A stretch of DNA of 33,641 nucleotides from the NCBI GenBank assembly GCA_012862495.1, contig BLSG01000275.1:32619-66259 (forward strand). The letters are read 5' to 3'. Each line of letters begins with the position of its first letter. The stretch's first letter is position 1. Below, in pieces: positions 31,655 to 33,641 of the stretch. A model generated the notes under the pieces. The model was not told where the DNA came from, did not search any database, and saw only the letters and a list, made by a program, of their open reading frames with translations. Made by a program: the position numbers and the translations under genes. This stretch comes from Thraustochytrium aureum. Taxonomy: Eukaryota.

Positions 31655-33641
31655 ATGAGCAGTGGCGTCGAGGCGGCGGTGGNNNNNNNNNNNNNNNNNN
31701 NNNNNNNNNNNNNNNNNNNNNNNNNNNNNNNNNNNNNNNNNNNNNNNNNNNNNNNNNNNNNNNNNNNNNNNNNNNNNNNNNNNNNNNNNNNNNNNNNNNN
31801 NNNNNNNNNNNNNNNNNNNNNNNNNNNNNNNNNNNNNNNNNNNNNNNNNNNNNNNNNNNNNNNNNNNNNNNNNNNNNNNNNNNNNNNNNNNNNNNNNNNN
31901 NNNNNNNNNNNNNNNNNNNNNNNNNNNNNNNNNNNNNNNNNNNNNNNNNNNNNNNNNNNNNNNNNNNNNNNNNNNNNNNNNNNNNNNNNNNNNNNNNNNN
32001 NNNNNNNNNNNNNNNNNNNNNNNNNNNNNNNNNNNNNNNNNNNNNNNNNNNNNNNNNNNNNNNNNNNNNNNNNNNNNNNNNNNNNNNNNNNNNNNNNNNN
32101 NNNNNNNNNNNNNNNNNNNNNNNNNNNNNNNNNNNNNNNNNNNNNNNNNNNNNNNNNNNNNNNNNNNNNNNNNNNNNNNNNNNNNNNNNNNNNNNNNNNN
32201 NNNNNNNNNNNNNNNNNNNNNNNNNNNNNNNNNNNNNNNNNNNNNNNNNNNNNNNNNNNNNNNNNNNNNNNNNNNNNNNNNNNNNNNNNNNNNNNNNNNN
32301 NNNNNNNNNNNNNNNNNNNNNNNNNNNNNNNNNNNNNNNNNNNNNNNNNNNNNNNNNNNNNNNNNNNNNNNNNNNNNNNNNNNNNNNNNNNNNNNNNNNN
32401 NNNNNNNNNNNNNNNNNNNNNNNNNNNNNNTAAGTCGTGGTGAGGATGCCAGTGCGCAGGTTGGCGTAGAGTGCGCTCGTGCCTGCCTCGTGCCTGTATG
32501 CATAGAGCTGCACCGCTCTGAGGTTCTTCGTGGTGGCTGACCAACTCGCGCGACTATCATAATCATCGAACAACGACAATGACAGCCTTGGCCACAACGG
32601 CATCGGCGCTGTAGGGGCTGGCACGTTGGGCAAGGCGCTTGCGGTCAACGCGACGCTTACTTCGCTCTCGTAAGTCGTGGCATAGATGGTAGTGCGGTGG
32701 TGGCTGTCGAGTGCGCTCGTGTCTGCCTCGTCCCTGCACCCACACAGGAACAGCCAGCTTGCGCGGCCGCACCGCTGTGTTGTTGTTGGTGGTAGCTGAC
32801 GAACTTGCGCTGCCATCGCCATCGTCGAACGACGACAACAATAACGACGACGACAGTCTTACGAGTAACCATATCGGGGATGCAGGGGCTGGCGCGCTGG
32901 CCAAGGCACTCGAGACCAACTTGGCGCTGACTGAGCTCAAGTAAGTCGTGGCAAGGATTGCAGTGCGCTGGTGAGCGTCGAGTGCGCTCGTGCCTGCGTT
33001 GCGCCTGCCTGCCTGCACGCACGCATGCAAATAGATTGCTCGGTCGCACCGCGTTGTGTTTCTTAGCGGTGACTGACCAACTCGCGCGACCGTCGTCATC
33101 ATCGAACGACAACAACGACAGTCTTGAGCATAACTATCTCGGCGACGCAGCGGTTGGCGCGCTGGCCAAGGCTCTCGAGACCAACTCGACGCTGACTACG
33201 ATCAAGTAAGTCGTGGCAAGGATGGCAGCGCGCTGGTGGCTGTCGAGTGCGCTGGTGGCTGTCTCTTGCTTGTATAAATGCATAAAGACAAAGCCTGTTT
33301 GCGCGGCCGCATCGCTCGTGGTAGCTGACGAACTTGCGCTGCCATCGCCATCGTCGAACGACGACAACAATAACGACGACGGCAGTCTTACGAGAAACCT
33401 TTTCAGGGATGCAGGGGCTGGCTTGCTGGCCAAGGCACTCGAGACCAACTTGGCGCTGACGGAGCTCAAGTAAGTCGTGGCAAGGATTGCAGTGCGCTCG
33501 TGCCCGTCAAGCGCGCTCGTGCTTGCATGCATGTAGGCAAAGCCAGCTGGCGCGGCCCCACAGCTCTGTGTTTCTCGGTGGTGGCTGACCAACATTGAAC
33601 GACAACAACAACAGTCTTGCACAAAACTTTATCGGCGACGT
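31655..33641 (+). CDS. RI-like (NLRC3-type, 28-aa) leucine-rich-repeat gene with one LRR per 84-nt exon; partial
   Basis: Exons 32586-32669, 32857-32940, 33122-33205, 33386-33469 and 33615->33641, each bounded by CAG and GTAAGT in phase 2. Translations such as LTSNHIGDAGAGALAKALETNLALTEL. The start at 31655 (caagATGAGC, MSSGVEAAV) is tentative because a gap follows. Confidence 0.88.
31683..32430. other. Assembly gap (N run), probably hiding further LRR exons
   Basis: Run of N. The sequence resumes with (g)TAAGTCGTGG, the donor motif of the LRR introns. Confidence 0.95.
32586..32669 (+). CDS. LRR exon A (84 nt): LGHNGIGAVGAGTLGKALAVNATLTSL
   Basis: gacag| ... |gtaagt; LxxNxIGxxGAxxLxxALxxNxxLxxL consensus. 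Confidence 0.9.
32857..32940 (+). CDS. LRR exon B (84 nt): LTSNHIGDAGAGALAKALETNLALTEL
   Basis: gacag| ... |gtaagt; LRR consensus. Confidence 0.92.
33122..33205 (+). CDS. LRR exon C (84 nt): LEHNYLGDAAVGALAKALETNSTLTTI
   Basis: gacag| ... |gtaagt; LRR consensus. Confidence 0.92.
33386..33469 (+). CDS. LRR exon D (84 nt): LTRNLFRDAGAGLLAKALETNLALTEL
   Basis: ggcag| ... |gtaagt; LRR consensus. Confidence 0.9.
33615..33641 (+). CDS. LRR exon E (truncated by the window end): LAQNFIGD
   Basis: aacag| tctt gca caa aac ttt atc ggc gac. Confidence 0.85.

Larger units (their letters stand above)
32431..33641 (+). repeat. Tandem intron+exon repeat array (~230-270 bp units, with a two-unit higher-order period of 529 bp)
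   Basis: All introns begin GTAAGTCGTGG, contain (A/G)GTGCGCTCGTG-like and CTGAC motifs, and end in (A/G)AC-rich tracts plus CAG. Confidence 0.92.

Noticed and set aside
32431..33641. CRISPR-like appearance of the regularly spaced GTAAGTCGTGG repeats
   Set aside because: The repeats are splice donors, the intervening sequences are homologous intron and exon units of ~250 bp, there are no cas genes, and the context is eukaryotic.

Overview
GC-rich, intron-poor eukaryotic draft scaffold with four N-gaps. Short GT-AG introns with CTRAC branch sites are visible. The gene set suggests a flagellated protist, possibly a thraustochytrid-like stramenopile (inference only). Left to right it holds: a spliced Rieske [2Fe-2S] gene (-, runs off the left edge); a ~1050-aa helical protein with a stathmin-like N-terminus and about 20 repeats of 47/51 aa (+); a Ulp1/C48 protease (-); a pirin (-); a secreted protein with a MACPF-like motif (-); a ~1700-aa membrane-anchored multi-domain glycoside-hydrolase-like protein (-); a probable pseudogene; a type-I membrane protein (+); a DUF4188 protein with a tandemly duplicated 3' end (-); a spliced alkaline ceramidase (+); a giant CEP350-like gene with C-terminal DUF4378 (-); and, at the right edge, an LRR gene built of exact 84-nt exons, one LRR each, separated by homologous introns. 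Many long genes are split by single-base frameshifts, mostly in homopolymers, which are most likely sequencing errors. Three diverged copies of a ~200-bp non-coding element lie in intergenic regions. The most interesting items are the LRR exon-cassette array (one intron segment is better conserved than the neighbouring exon), the giant multi-repeat stathmin-like protein and the dispersed element.
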